Assembly (NCBI GenBank): GCA_039810885.1
Contig: JBDHXV010000009.1
Location: forward strand, 129-64,128
Reading direction: 5' to 3'
Source: Chitinophagales bacterium
Lineage (GTDB): Bacteria > Bacteroidota > Bacteroidia > Chitinophagales > UBA10324
Length of the DNA stretch: 64,000 nt
Shown: one piece after another, positions 44,186-53,351 of the stretch
Position numbering within the stretch: position 1 is the stretch's first letter
How the letters are laid out: every line of letters begins with the position of its first letter
The notes under the pieces: model-generated
The model's database searches: none
Seen by the model: the letters and a program-made list of their open reading frames with translations, nothing else
Told to the model about the DNA's origin: nothing
Program-made: the position numbers and the translations under genes

Positions 44186-46444
44186 ATGACAACGCAATAC
44201 CCAAAAAATATTACAGAAGCAGAGCGTAAAGCGTTATTGAAAGAGTACAGAAACTTATTGGCTCTGTTGCGCCCTCAAATGCTTAAAGCAGACAAAAAAT
44301 ATATAAGGCAAGCTTTTGAGATGGCTATGGATGCCCATAAAGAAATGCGACGTAAATCAGGGGAGCCATATATATTTCATCCTTTAGCCGTTGCTCAAAT
44401 TGTTGCCGGTGATATTGGACTTGGGCCGCTTGCTGTGGTATGCGCCCTTTTGCACGATGTGGTAGAAGATACAGAGTTTACACTTGAAGACATCGAAAAA
44501 GAATTTGGAAAAAAGGCAGCAGAAATTATTGATGGTCTCACCAAAATCTCCGTCCTCCTTGATGCACAAGGATACATTCAGGCAGAGAATGTACGCAAGG
44601 TATTGCTCACTCTGGCAAAAGATGTAAGGGTTATATTAATTAAGCTCGCAGATCGGCTACATAACATGCGCACTATGGATGCAATGGCGCGTAATAAACA
44701 AATTAAGATAGCAGGCGAAACGTTATACTTATATGTGCCGCTTGCTCACCGCTTAGGTTTATATAACATTAAATCAGAATTAGAAGATCTTGCCATGAAA
44801 TACACCGAACCTAAGGTGTATAAACAAATAGCAACAAAACTTGCTGAGTCAAAAAAGGAACGGAATAAATACATTAATGAATTTATAAAACCGATAAAAG
44901 ATGCCTTATCTAAAACCGACCTCGAATTTGAAATCTATGGAAGACCTAAATCTATTTCCTCAATCTGGCAAAAGATAAAAGAGAAAAGCGTTACGTTCGA
45001 TGAAGTCTATGATAAATTTGCTATTCGAATTATTCTAGATGTTCCTGAAAATGAAGAGAAGGCAACATGTTGGCAGGTGTATTCTATCGTAGCCGATATC
45101 TACCGCCCGAACCCGGAACGCCTGAGAGATTGGATTAGCGCACCCAAGCCGAATGGATACGAAGCCTTACACACAACAGTTATGGGGCCGAAAGGCAAGT
45201 GGGTAGAAGTTCAAATCCGCTCTAAGCAAATGAATGAAATTGCAGAAAAAGGGTACGCAGCGCATTGGATTTATAAAGAAAAAAACCAAACGGCTACACA
45301 TCACGAGTCAGAATCTGCCATTGAAGACTGGTTGCGTCGCGTTCGCGAGTTGTTAGAGAATCCGGAAACCAATACGCTTGACTTTATTGACGACTTTAAA
45401 ATCAACCTCCTTTCAGAAGAGATTTATGCCTTTACCCCTAAAGGAGACATCAAAGTGCTCCCGAATAAAAGCAGCATTCTCGATTTTGCATTTAATATAC
45501 ATTCCGACTTGGGGTATCACTGCATAGGAGCCAAAGTTAATCATCGCATTGAACCAATTAGCTACATTCTCCGAAACGGTGATCAGGTAGAAGTTCTTAC
45601 TTCTAAAAAACAAAAACCTACCGAAGATTGGTTGAAGTATGCTGTATCAACAAAAGCCAGGGCAAAAATAAAAGATGTATTGCGCGAAGACCGCCGCCGC
45701 ATTATTAAAATAGGGAAACTAAACTTAGAGAACTTATTCCGAGAATATAAAATATCATTTCAAACGGCAAATTTGAATAAGATTGTTTCCTATTACAACT
45801 TCAACTCCGTTGATGAATTGTATTACAGCATTGGCCTTGGAAATTTCAAGTATGAAGATTTTTATCAATTCAAACAAATAGGCGATACAATTGAATTTGC
45901 CGATAACAACAAGCAACATACGGAAAATGTAGAGTTAACCATTAAGAACAAGCTATCCCAGAACTCGAATTTATTTATGTTCGATGACCTCAGTACACAA
46001 GTCGATTATAGCCTTGCAGAATGTTGTAAACCGATTGCAGGTGATGAAGTATTTGGCTTTGTGAATAAAAATAATGTGGTCGAGATACATCGTTCAAATT
46101 GTCCTCAGGCAATCAGTGTTATTTCTAAATACGGCTATCGTATGCTCAGAACGAAGTGGAATCGCCAGCATCAAATCGCCTTTTTAACCGGATTAAAAAT
46201 TACCGGTATTGATGATGTAGGGGTTATGTTTAAAATGACAACTATCATCTCGGGAGAATTAAAAATCAATATGCAATCCATAACTATTGAGACCGATGAT
46301 GGCTTATTTGAAGGAATTATCAAAGTTTATGTACGTGACACCGAACAGTTAAATTTGCTAATGGATCGTCTCAAAGCATTGGAAGGAGTGTTATCGGTAA
46401 CCCAATTAGAGCAGCAGGTGGAACAATCCACTGAACTAAAATGA
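44186..46444 (+). CDS. Bifunctional (p)ppGpp synthetase/hydrolase, RelA/SpoT family
   Basis: 752 aa. HD hydrolase motifs (HPLAVA, LLHDVVEDT), RelA_SpoT synthetase domain, TGS and a C-terminal ACT domain. Confidence 0.93.
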   Translation: MTTQYPKNITEAERKALLKEYRNLLALLRPQMLKADKKYIRQAFEMAMDAHKEMRRKSGEPYIFHPLAVAQIVAGDIGLGPLAVVCALLHDVVEDTEFTLEDIEKEFGKKAAEIIDGLTKISVLLDAQGYIQAENVRKVLLTLAKDVRVILIKLADRLHNMRTMDAMARNKQIKIAGETLYLYVPLAHRLGLYNIKSELEDLAMKYTEPKVYKQIATKLAESKKERNKYINEFIKPIKDALSKTDLEFEIYGRPKSISSIWQKIKEKSVTFDEVYDKFAIRIILDVPENEEKATCWQVYSIVADIYRPNPERLRDWISAPKPNGYEALHTTVMGPKGKWVEVQIRSKQMNEIAEKGYAAHWIYKEKNQTATHHESESAIEDWLRRVRELLENPETNTLDFIDDFKINLLSEEIYAFTPKGDIKVLPNKSSILDFAFNIHSDLGYHCIGAKVNHRIEPISYILRNGDQVEVLTSKKQKPTEDWLKYAVSTKARAKIKDVLREDRRRIIKIGKLNLENLFREYKISFQTANLNKIVSYYNFNSVDELYYSIGLGNFKYEDFYQFKQIGDTIEFADNNKQHTENVELTIKNKLSQNSNLFMFDDLSTQVDYSLAECCKPIAGDEVFGFVNKNNVVEIHRSNCPQAISVISKYGYRMLRTKWNRQHQIAFLTGLKITGIDDVGVMFKMTTIISGELKINMQSITIETDDGLFEGIIKVYVRDTEQLNLLMDRLKALEGVLSVTQLEQQVEQSTELK

Positions 46445-46899
46445 CAAAAGCAGAAATAAAAAATCAAGTAAAAAAACGGCTTATAGAATATTTAGAAAAA
46501 AACGGATTGCGAAAAACAAGCGAACGTTTTGCTATTCTGGATGAAATCTATTCGCGCAATGACCATTTCGATGCCGAGGCGCTTTTTGTAGAAATGAATA
46601 AGAAGAATTACCCCATTAGCCGTGCGACTATTTATAATACGCTCGAGGTTCTCCAAGAATGCGATTTAATTAAAAAGCATCACTTCGGAAATAATCTCTC
46701 TTTGTATGAAAAATCATTTGCCTATAGGCAGCACGACCATATCATCTGCACCCAATGCGGAAAAGTCGTAGAATTCTGTGACCCTCGTATTCACCAGATT
46801 AATACCATGATGAGCGAATTGCTCAAGTTTAAGATTGTCTCTCATGAACTTATTATATACGGTATCTGCGCATCCTGTCAAACAAAAAGAAAACCTTGA
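46441..46899 (+). CDS. fur: Fur family transcriptional regulator
   Basis: 152 aa. Winged helix plus HHDH / CxxC...CxxC metal sites (CTQCGK, CASCQ). Overlaps the RelA/SpoT-family gene's stop by 4 nt. Confidence 0.88.
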   Translation: MTKAEIKNQVKKRLIEYLEKNGLRKTSERFAILDEIYSRNDHFDAEALFVEMNKKNYPISRATIYNTLEVLQECDLIKKHHFGNNLSLYEKSFAYRQHDHIICTQCGKVVEFCDPRIHQINTMMSELLKFKIVSHELIIYGICASCQTKRKP

Positions 46900-46956
46900 C
46901 ATTTTATTCCTAATGACCAGCCTTAAATTTACGTACTAAATAAGGTCACTAAGCCT

Positions 46957-46964
46957 TATATTTG
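46957..46964 (+). promoter_or_regulatory. Bacteroidota -7 box (TAnnTTTG)
   Basis: Exact TATATTTG, 27 nt upstream of the ATG at 46991. Confidence 0.4.
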
Positions 46965-46990
46965 AAATCCTTAAAATAAACATAGAGTTA

Positions 46991-49132
46991 ATGCAGCGCT
47001 TTTTCTACTTTTTGGCGGCTTTCCTATTAATCAGCCATAACCTTTTTGCCCAATTGAACATAGTTCAACATGACACTTCATATTGCCAACCTCAACCCTT
47101 AACCTTTAATGCAACCCTGGATGATTCTATATTATCTACCGGTTTAATTATAGTGGATGACACTTATAGTCAGGTCATTGATATTGGCTTCAACTTCACA
47201 TTTTATGGCAATACCTACAATCAATGCATTCTATCTACAAATAACTATATCTGCTTTAATACCAGTTTAGCAGGCCAATATAGTCAATGGCCTATTACCG
47301 TGGCTATTCCTACAACAGCAGCCGGCACTCCTAAAAACTCAGTTTTTGGTCCTTGGCATGATACAGATCCCTCTGTAGGTACTATGGGCACAATGAGTTA
47401 CAAAACTTTAGGAACTGCACCGAATAGGAAATTTATTTATAGCCTTTGTGAGGTTCCGATGTATTCATGTAACACTATGCTCTACAGTGGGCAGATTATA
47501 CTTTTTGAGGGCTCAAATAGAATTGAAACACATATAGCCAATAAGCCTCTTTGCACTGCGTGGAATACCGGGCAGGCTATCCACGGTTTACATAATATTG
47601 ATGGTACGGTTGCTGATGTGGTTCCCGGAAGAAATTATCCTACTCAGTGGACGGCAACTAACGATGGCTACGAGTTTGTTCCTAATGGTAATGGGGGTTA
47701 TACCATTAACCCTATACCGTACAATCCTTATCTGATCTATTCGGGAGGATCTGTGGGTTGGTATGAGAATAACGTATTGATAGGTTCCGGATTAACACTT
47801 AACGTTCCTAATCCAACAATAGGCACGCACAAGTATTATGCAAAATTAGTAGGGTGCTACGGAAGCTCGGCTATGGATAGCGTTACCGTAATCATAGGTT
47901 CTACAAACGCATCCTTTACACAACATAACTTAGAGTGCCCAGAGGATATTACGGGGTTTGCTGCTGTTAGTTTTACGGGCAATCAGTCGTATAATTTACT
48001 TTGGACGGATGCCAACGGTAATACATTGCAAAATAATAATGGCGTTGTTGGTACCGACACCTTATTTAACGTAAGTACAGGTACATATAAGCTTCAGATT
48101 ACAGACAACGTTGGCTGTGTAACGAATCAAACCTACAACATTACTTCTGAAACTTATGTTGCTTCTTTTGATTACAGCCCATTGGTTATTTGTCAAGGCC
48201 AACCGGTTACATTTAACAATACGTCAAACGAAATCATATCTACCTACAATTGGACATTTGGTGATGGTGCTACAGCGCAAACTTCCACAGCTACACATTC
48301 CTACACAAATCCCGGAGTCTATGCCGCAACTCTGCTAATTAAGCATGACCTTACAGGATGCTCTGCTACCGAAACTAAAGAAATTGTGATTAACGCCAAT
48401 GCAAAAGCTAACTTCTCTATGCCTCAAAACCTGTGTCAGGCCGATCCGATATATTTTACCGATTTATCTACTCCGCATCCGGTCCAGTGGATGTGGAACT
48501 TTGCAAACATCGACACGTCTTATATGCAAAATCCGGGGTATAGCTTTGGGTCTCCCGGAGATTACATTATTACTTTAAAAGTTACCGATAGCTTGTGCGG
48601 TACTGATATTAAAAAGGATACGATTACCGTATATGCCTATCCGATCGTGGGCATAGTTGCCGATAGTATTGTCTGTGCAGGACAATCTGTTTTATTGGAT
48701 GCCGGTTATCCTAACTACCAACATATTTGGTCTAATGGTAACACCAATCAATATTTTACCACATCATTCCAAACAACAACTACGGTATGGGTTCAGGTGA
48801 ATAATAACGGGTGTGTAGCCGGTGACACCATAACCATTACAATTAATTGTGACCTTAGTTTACCAACAGCCTTTACTCCTAATGGGGATGGAAAAAATGA
48901 TAAATTCAGACCGCGAGGAAAAAATGTAAATCGTTACGATCTCTATGTGTACAATCGCTGGGGTACCTTAATTTATAGCATTAACGGTGCAGCGGGTGAT
49001 ATGGAAAACGGCTGGGATGGAACCATTAAAGGTGAACCGGCCGAAGTAGGCACTTATGTTTACTATGCCAAGTCATATATGATTAACGACTTTGTTGTTG
49101 AGAAGCAGGGTAATGTCACTTTGTTACGATAA
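46991..49132 (+). CDS. PKD-repeat protein with gliding-motility-associated (T9SS type-B, CHU_C) C-terminal domain
   Basis: 713 aa. Signal peptide and PKD-like repeats (F.DGATA...H.Y..PG.Y). C-terminal PTAFTPNGDGKND.F.P motif. Confidence 0.8.
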   Translation: MQRFFYFLAAFLLISHNLFAQLNIVQHDTSYCQPQPLTFNATLDDSILSTGLIIVDDTYSQVIDIGFNFTFYGNTYNQCILSTNNYICFNTSLAGQYSQWPITVAIPTTAAGTPKNSVFGPWHDTDPSVGTMGTMSYKTLGTAPNRKFIYSLCEVPMYSCNTMLYSGQIILFEGSNRIETHIANKPLCTAWNTGQAIHGLHNIDGTVADVVPGRNYPTQWTATNDGYEFVPNGNGGYTINPIPYNPYLIYSGGSVGWYENNVLIGSGLTLNVPNPTIGTHKYYAKLVGCYGSSAMDSVTVIIGSTNASFTQHNLECPEDITGFAAVSFTGNQSYNLLWTDANGNTLQNNNGVVGTDTLFNVSTGTYKLQITDNVGCVTNQTYNITSETYVASFDYSPLVICQGQPVTFNNTSNEIISTYNWTFGDGATAQTSTATHSYTNPGVYAATLLIKHDLTGCSATETKEIVINANAKANFSMPQNLCQADPIYFTDLSTPHPVQWMWNFANIDTSYMQNPGYSFGSPGDYIITLKVTDSLCGTDIKKDTITVYAYPIVGIVADSIVCAGQSVLLDAGYPNYQHIWSNGNTNQYFTTSFQTTTTVWVQVNNNGCVAGDTITITINCDLSLPTAFTPNGDGKNDKFRPRGKNVNRYDLYVYNRWGTLIYSINGAAGDMENGWDGTIKGEPAEVGTYVYYAKSYMINDFVVEKQGNVTLLR

Positions 49133-49140
49133 CCAAGGGT

Positions 49141-50199
49141 CTATGCCTGCCTTTTAATTCCTGTCATATTGAATCCCCACATATTATCATCTGTTACTTT
49201 TATGGAATGATAGTTTCTTTTCATATACCAAACTTCCACTTCTGCTTTGGTATGCTCCCATCTAAATTGCGGTGAAAACCAATCGAGGATATCAATCATC
49301 ATTTCGCGGGTATTTTGCTTATTTCCTTTTACTCGCTTAATCGCATAACTAAAGGGAAGCAACGTAGCATAATACAAATAATATTGAATACGTACGGGCA
49401 GTTTAGAACTTGCCTTGCGCACCTGATTGAAGGTATTATGAATAAAATCTTTTCGCGGCTGATAAGACCACGTACTCAGCTTTCCGCCCGGCTTTACGGT
49501 TGCTTCGATGCAACTCAAGGATAACTCTGTGCTTCGAGTAGCAATTAATACACCACTACTATGCGTTATATCAAAAGCTTGAAACGGTACCGGCGGAAAC
49601 TGCACATCACCTTGCACAAAGAGCACATGTTTAGACGTATTTTGTTCATGCGCTCGCAGAATACTTAAACTAAAATCCATAGCTACATTTTTAATACCCT
49701 CCAGAGCCAACATCAAGTTCAACTTACCATTTCCACACCCGGCATCAAACACAAACTTTCCCTTAATAGATGATAGCGTTTCGTCAGTTTCTTTTAAAAA
49801 ACGTTGTATCATACCCGTGGCATCCATGTCCCAGGTCTTGTCCGTATCATAGTTATATAGCGACCATTCCTGCGAGAAACTTTGCTTCGTATGACTATTA
49901 TTTTTAATCACTAATTTTAAGAAGGCACCGTATTGCTTCCAAATCTTTTGCATCCGTGTATTGTAATCAATCACGTATTGTTTTAAAAAAACCTGATAAT
50001 CCACACAAGCTTCTACAATCAAACGCGGAATGCCGTCTATCACGGGGTAAAACCATAAATCATCAGCATATAATATGGCAGTTTGGATGACTTCACAACG
50101 TACTCCATCCATTTGCTTTTCTATTTTCTCAATAATAACACACCGCAATTCTTTTCGGGTTACCGGGCATCGCAGCCAACTTAATTGTTCTATCAGCAT
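49141..50199 (-). CDS. Class I SAM-dependent methyltransferase with Trm112-like N-terminal segment
   Basis: 352 aa. N-terminal L.CP.T...L, then the SAM-binding motif DAGCGNGK. Confidence 0.7.
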   Translation of the reverse strand: MLIEQLSWLRCPVTRKELRCVIIEKIEKQMDGVRCEVIQTAILYADDLWFYPVIDGIPRLIVEACVDYQVFLKQYVIDYNTRMQKIWKQYGAFLKLVIKNNSHTKQSFSQEWSLYNYDTDKTWDMDATGMIQRFLKETDETLSSIKGKFVFDAGCGNGKLNLMLALEGIKNVAMDFSLSILRAHEQNTSKHVLFVQGDVQFPPVPFQAFDITHSSGVLIATRSTELSLSCIEATVKPGGKLSTWSYQPRKDFIHNTFNQVRKASSKLPVRIQYYLYYATLLPFSYAIKRVKGNKQNTREMMIDILDWFSPQFRWEHTKAEVEVWYMKRNYHSIKVTDDNMWGFNMTGIKRQA

Positions 50200-50242
50200 T
50201 GGTGCAAAATAAAGGATAGAATCGAATTCAGATGCACAGACT

Positions 50243-50250
50243 TATATTTG
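50243..50250 (+). promoter_or_regulatory. Bacteroidota -7 box (TAnnTTTG) upstream of ychF
   Basis: Exact TATATTTG, 21 nt upstream of the ATG at 50271. Confidence 0.45.
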
Positions 50251-50270
50251 CGCACTTTAAATAAAATTTT

Positions 50271-51368
50271 ATGGCATTACAGTGTGGCATCGTAGGACTT
50301 CCGAATGTAGGTAAATCAACTCTTTTCAACGCCTTATCGAATGCAAAGGCACAGGCAGCCAATTTTCCTTTTTGTACTATTGAGCCTAACGTTGGAACCA
50401 TAACGGTACCGGATGAGCGTTTAAACGAGCTGTCAAAATTGGTAAATCCGCAACGTATAGTACCCACTACGATCGAGATTGTGGACATCGCCGGTTTGGT
50501 CAAGGGAGCCAGCAAAGGAGAGGGCTTAGGCAATCAATTTTTAGGCAATATTCGAAATGTGGATGCCATCATTCATGTGGTGCGCTGCTTTGATAATGAC
50601 AATGTCATTCATGTAGATGGTTCGGTGAATCCGGTTCGTGATAAAGAAATTATTGATACCGAATTGCAGTTAAAAGATTTAGAATCTGTAGAAAAGAAAA
50701 TAGCAAAGACAGAACGCAGTGCCAAAAGCGGAGATAAGGATGCAAAACGTTGTTTGGAAGTATTGCAAATTTATAAGTCACATTTAGAAAGCGGTAAAAG
50801 TGCTCGCTCTGCCGAGGTTTCGGATGAGGACAAAAAGTTTATTGCAGATATTTTCTTGCTCACTCTTAAACCCGTAATGTATGTGTGCAATGTAGAAGAA
50901 ACGAGCGTACTCAATGGCAATAAACACACCGAGGCTTTAAAAGCAGCTATAGCAGGAGAACGAGCGGAGCTGCTCATTATATCTGCTGCTATAGAAGCGG
51001 ATATTGCACAACTGGATTCATTTGACGATCGGAAAGCTTTTCTTCAGGATTTAGGATTAAGCGAATCGGGCGTGGCTCGTTTAATAAAAGGGGCTTATCA
51101 TCTGCTCTCTCTGCAAACCTATTTTACGGCAGGTGTGCAGGAAGTTCGCGCGTGGACTATTACCCGAGGAATGACGGCACCACAGGCTGCCGGTGTTATT
51201 CATTCAGATTTTGAAAAAGGATTTATTCGAGCCGAAGTGATTAGTTATACCGATTATATCACTTTAGGTTCAGAACCGGCATGCCGCGCCGCAGGCAAAT
51301 TGCGCCTCGAGGGAAAAGAATATATCGTTAAGGATGGCGACGTAATGCACTTCTTATTTAATGTGTAA
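50271..51368 (+). CDS. ychF: Redox-regulated ATPase YchF
   Basis: 365 aa. G1 GLPNVGKSTLFNA, a coiled-coil insert, and a C-terminal TGS-like domain (...VKDGDVMHFLFNV). Confidence 0.96.
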   Translation: MALQCGIVGLPNVGKSTLFNALSNAKAQAANFPFCTIEPNVGTITVPDERLNELSKLVNPQRIVPTTIEIVDIAGLVKGASKGEGLGNQFLGNIRNVDAIIHVVRCFDNDNVIHVDGSVNPVRDKEIIDTELQLKDLESVEKKIAKTERSAKSGDKDAKRCLEVLQIYKSHLESGKSARSAEVSDEDKKFIADIFLLTLKPVMYVCNVEETSVLNGNKHTEALKAAIAGERAELLIISAAIEADIAQLDSFDDRKAFLQDLGLSESGVARLIKGAYHLLSLQTYFTAGVQEVRAWTITRGMTAPQAAGVIHSDFEKGFIRAEVISYTDYITLGSEPACRAAGKLRLEGKEYIVKDGDVMHFLFNV

Positions 51369-51453
51369 CGTTACTTGCCTTGCCCTATAAATAGGTTGAC
51401 TAGTGTTTGTTTCATTTCTAGTCAAGCTATTTTAGGATGGGACTTATATATAA

Positions 51454-52683
51454 TTGCAAATGAAAAAACTAATAATATCGGCACTGGTTTTCTTTTTAAT
51501 AAGTCCGGCATTTGCCCAATGGACGGTGCAAAGCTCGGGAACTGGAATAAACCTGAAGAATATCTATTTTACTGATACCTTAAATGGTTATTGTGCAGGA
51601 GGAGGAGATAATTCATCTTGGCCTTTGGCTGGTCAGCCTGCAACGTTATTAAAAACTACAGACGGAGGCAATACCTGGCATATAGCTTTTCAGAATTCGT
51701 TATTAGGGCTAAGTAGTATCATTGCCTTCAACGATACTGTACTGGCATTTGGGATGAAAGCCACAGGGCAGCACTGTGTGGTTTTTTCAACCAACGGCGG
51801 TGTGGATTGGGGTATTGATACTTTGTCGTTTTGGTTAACGGATAATGTAAAGAAAAAAGTAATAAAAGCAGGAAATCAGGTATATCTATTATCTGATAAT
51901 GGAGGAATATATCGGATGTCGAGCTTCAATAATTGGATTTTGTTACCTTCTTGCCCTGTTTCATCTGTTTTTTATGCGGTTGGTAACAAGATATTTTCAG
52001 CAAGTGGCCCGCCTCATAGATTATACAAAAGTGATGATGGTGGCATATCTTGGGATAGCTCTTCAATAAATCCTGCTAATCCGATTAGTCCAAGTCCATA
52101 TTCAGGTTCTTCTATTTGGGTATTTGGAGATACAGTGATGCTTTATACCACATACCCTTACATTAAGGCCTATAGTTTTGATAATGGGCTAACGTGGAAT
52201 ACCGATGTTGATACTTTCGGCCCTCGATTTAGTTTATATAATTTTTCTGCAAATGAATTTATTGGAAGTTATAATGGTAATATATTTAATACTTACGATG
52301 GCGGTATGACTTATAATTATAGTCAGCCATTAGTGGACGTGAAAGATGTGTTTTTCCTAAATCGCACCTTAGGTTTTATTTGTGGAGATGGTGGCGTAAT
52401 TTATTAAACCACAACAGGAGGAGGTACAACATCTATTAGCAATCAGGAACTTAAAAAAAAACTAAAAATCTACCCCAACCCCACAAACGAAAAGATAAAC
52501 ATTGAATACGAAAATAGTATTGAGGTACAAAGCATTCAATTGGTCGATGTTTCGGGAAATTTGGTTAGGAGTTTTAAGAGAAACGAAAAAATGCTAAATG
52601 TAAGCGGTGTGTCAAATGGGGTATATTTTTTGAATATTCGGTCAAAAGAGGGAGTAATTGTAGAAAAAGTGATAATACAATAA
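51454..52683 (+). pseudogene. T9SS cargo protein (BNR/Ycf48-like beta-propeller) interrupted by an in-frame TAA before its C-terminal sorting domain
   Basis: The signal peptide plus propeller ORF ends at a TAA (52405..52407). The same frame continues TTTGGGTTS...KIYPNPTNEKINIEY...GVYFLNIRS...VIIQ* to 52683, which is a typical T9SS type-A C-terminal domain (CTD). The stop sits where the internal repeats have Lys (LLKTTDGG versus VIY*TTTGG). Confidence 0.7.
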
Positions 52684-52707
52684 TCAAAAAAACTTATATT
52701 GATTAAA

Positions 52708-52740
52708 CCATTAACTTTTTAATAGGTTAGTGGCTTATTT
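52708..52740 (+). terminator. Hairpin plus T-rich tail after the T9SS cargo gene
   Basis: CCATTAAC-loop-GGTTAGTGG (8 bp, one G-T pair) followed by CTTATTTATTT. Confidence 0.4.
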
Positions 52741-52814
52741 ATTTGGTTGTTTACGTATTTGTAGTCTACAACGTTTCTAAGTCCTTTGTAAACGGTTTTA
52801 TCTTCTTCCATTGA

Positions 52815-53336
52815 TTAAGCATTCCCATAAAATGTTCCGTCCATTCCATTAGGGACATTGGATTTAAACCAATAGGCAAAACTTTTTTGTAATGGTTCGT
52901 TAATATCACTTGGTAAGTTTTGTAATTGCGAAAAACCAAAATCTATTTTTTGACTTGTAAAAATGTTTTTCGCAACAGCAATTTGTTGTTTTTGTTCTTC
53001 GGTTGCAAAACTTAAATCTAATCCGTCAAATAAATTTGTAAACGAAATTGGCTCGCTGTCTGCTTCAATGCCTTTAAACGCTTCTAATGGCTTTGCTAAA
53101 TAACACGATGTTCTTTTTTCTGTTGCGTGGTAGGAAAGATAATTGTCGCTAGCTAATTGTTCAACAAATTCAAACTCTTTGTATTTGATGTCTGTTTTAT
53201 CATTTTTCAAGTCAAGCAAATGGGCGTGTGAATAGCAAAACAAAAAGTGATGTTTGTTCGCAAGAAGTTGAGTTAAGAAATTTTGATAAACAGTTTTTTT
53301 CCTGTTTAAAAAGATGACTGAAAATTTGCTTATCAA
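52815..53336 (-). CDS. Hypothetical protein downstream of fic (start ambiguous, possibly frameshifted)
   Basis: 173-aa ORF from a TTG start. An ATG at 53352 that overlaps the fic stop opens a different frame, which would join this ORF if the A7 run (53294..53300) were A6. No domain recognised. Confidence 0.5.
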   Translation of the reverse strand: MISKFSVIFLNRKKTVYQNFLTQLLANKHHFLFCYSHAHLLDLKNDKTDIKYKEFEFVEQLASDNYLSYHATEKRTSCYLAKPLEAFKGIEADSEPISFTNLFDGLDLSFATEEQKQQIAVAKNIFTSQKIDFGFSQLQNLPSDINEPLQKSFAYWFKSNVPNGMDGTFYGNA

Positions 53337-53351
53337 AATAAATTCGTTCCA

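Noticed and set aside
50228-50533. 101-aa minus-strand ORF overlapping the ychF start.
   Set aside because: It is antisense to the conserved G1 region of ychF. The ychF promoter box and ATG account for this region.
51375-51575. 66-aa plus-strand ORF overlapping the start of the T9SS cargo gene.
   Set aside because: It is out of frame with the downstream ORF, which has a proper signal peptide (MQMKKLIISALVFFLISPAFAQ). It has no features of its own.
52708-52733. The hairpin CCATTAAC...GGTTAGTGG at the left edge of the island shares the CACTAAC/GTTAGTG core with repeat R1. It could be an attachment site.
   Set aside because: The match is short (7-8 nt). The hairpin plus T-rich tail is adequately explained as the terminator of the T9SS gene. 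It is noted here only as a possibility.
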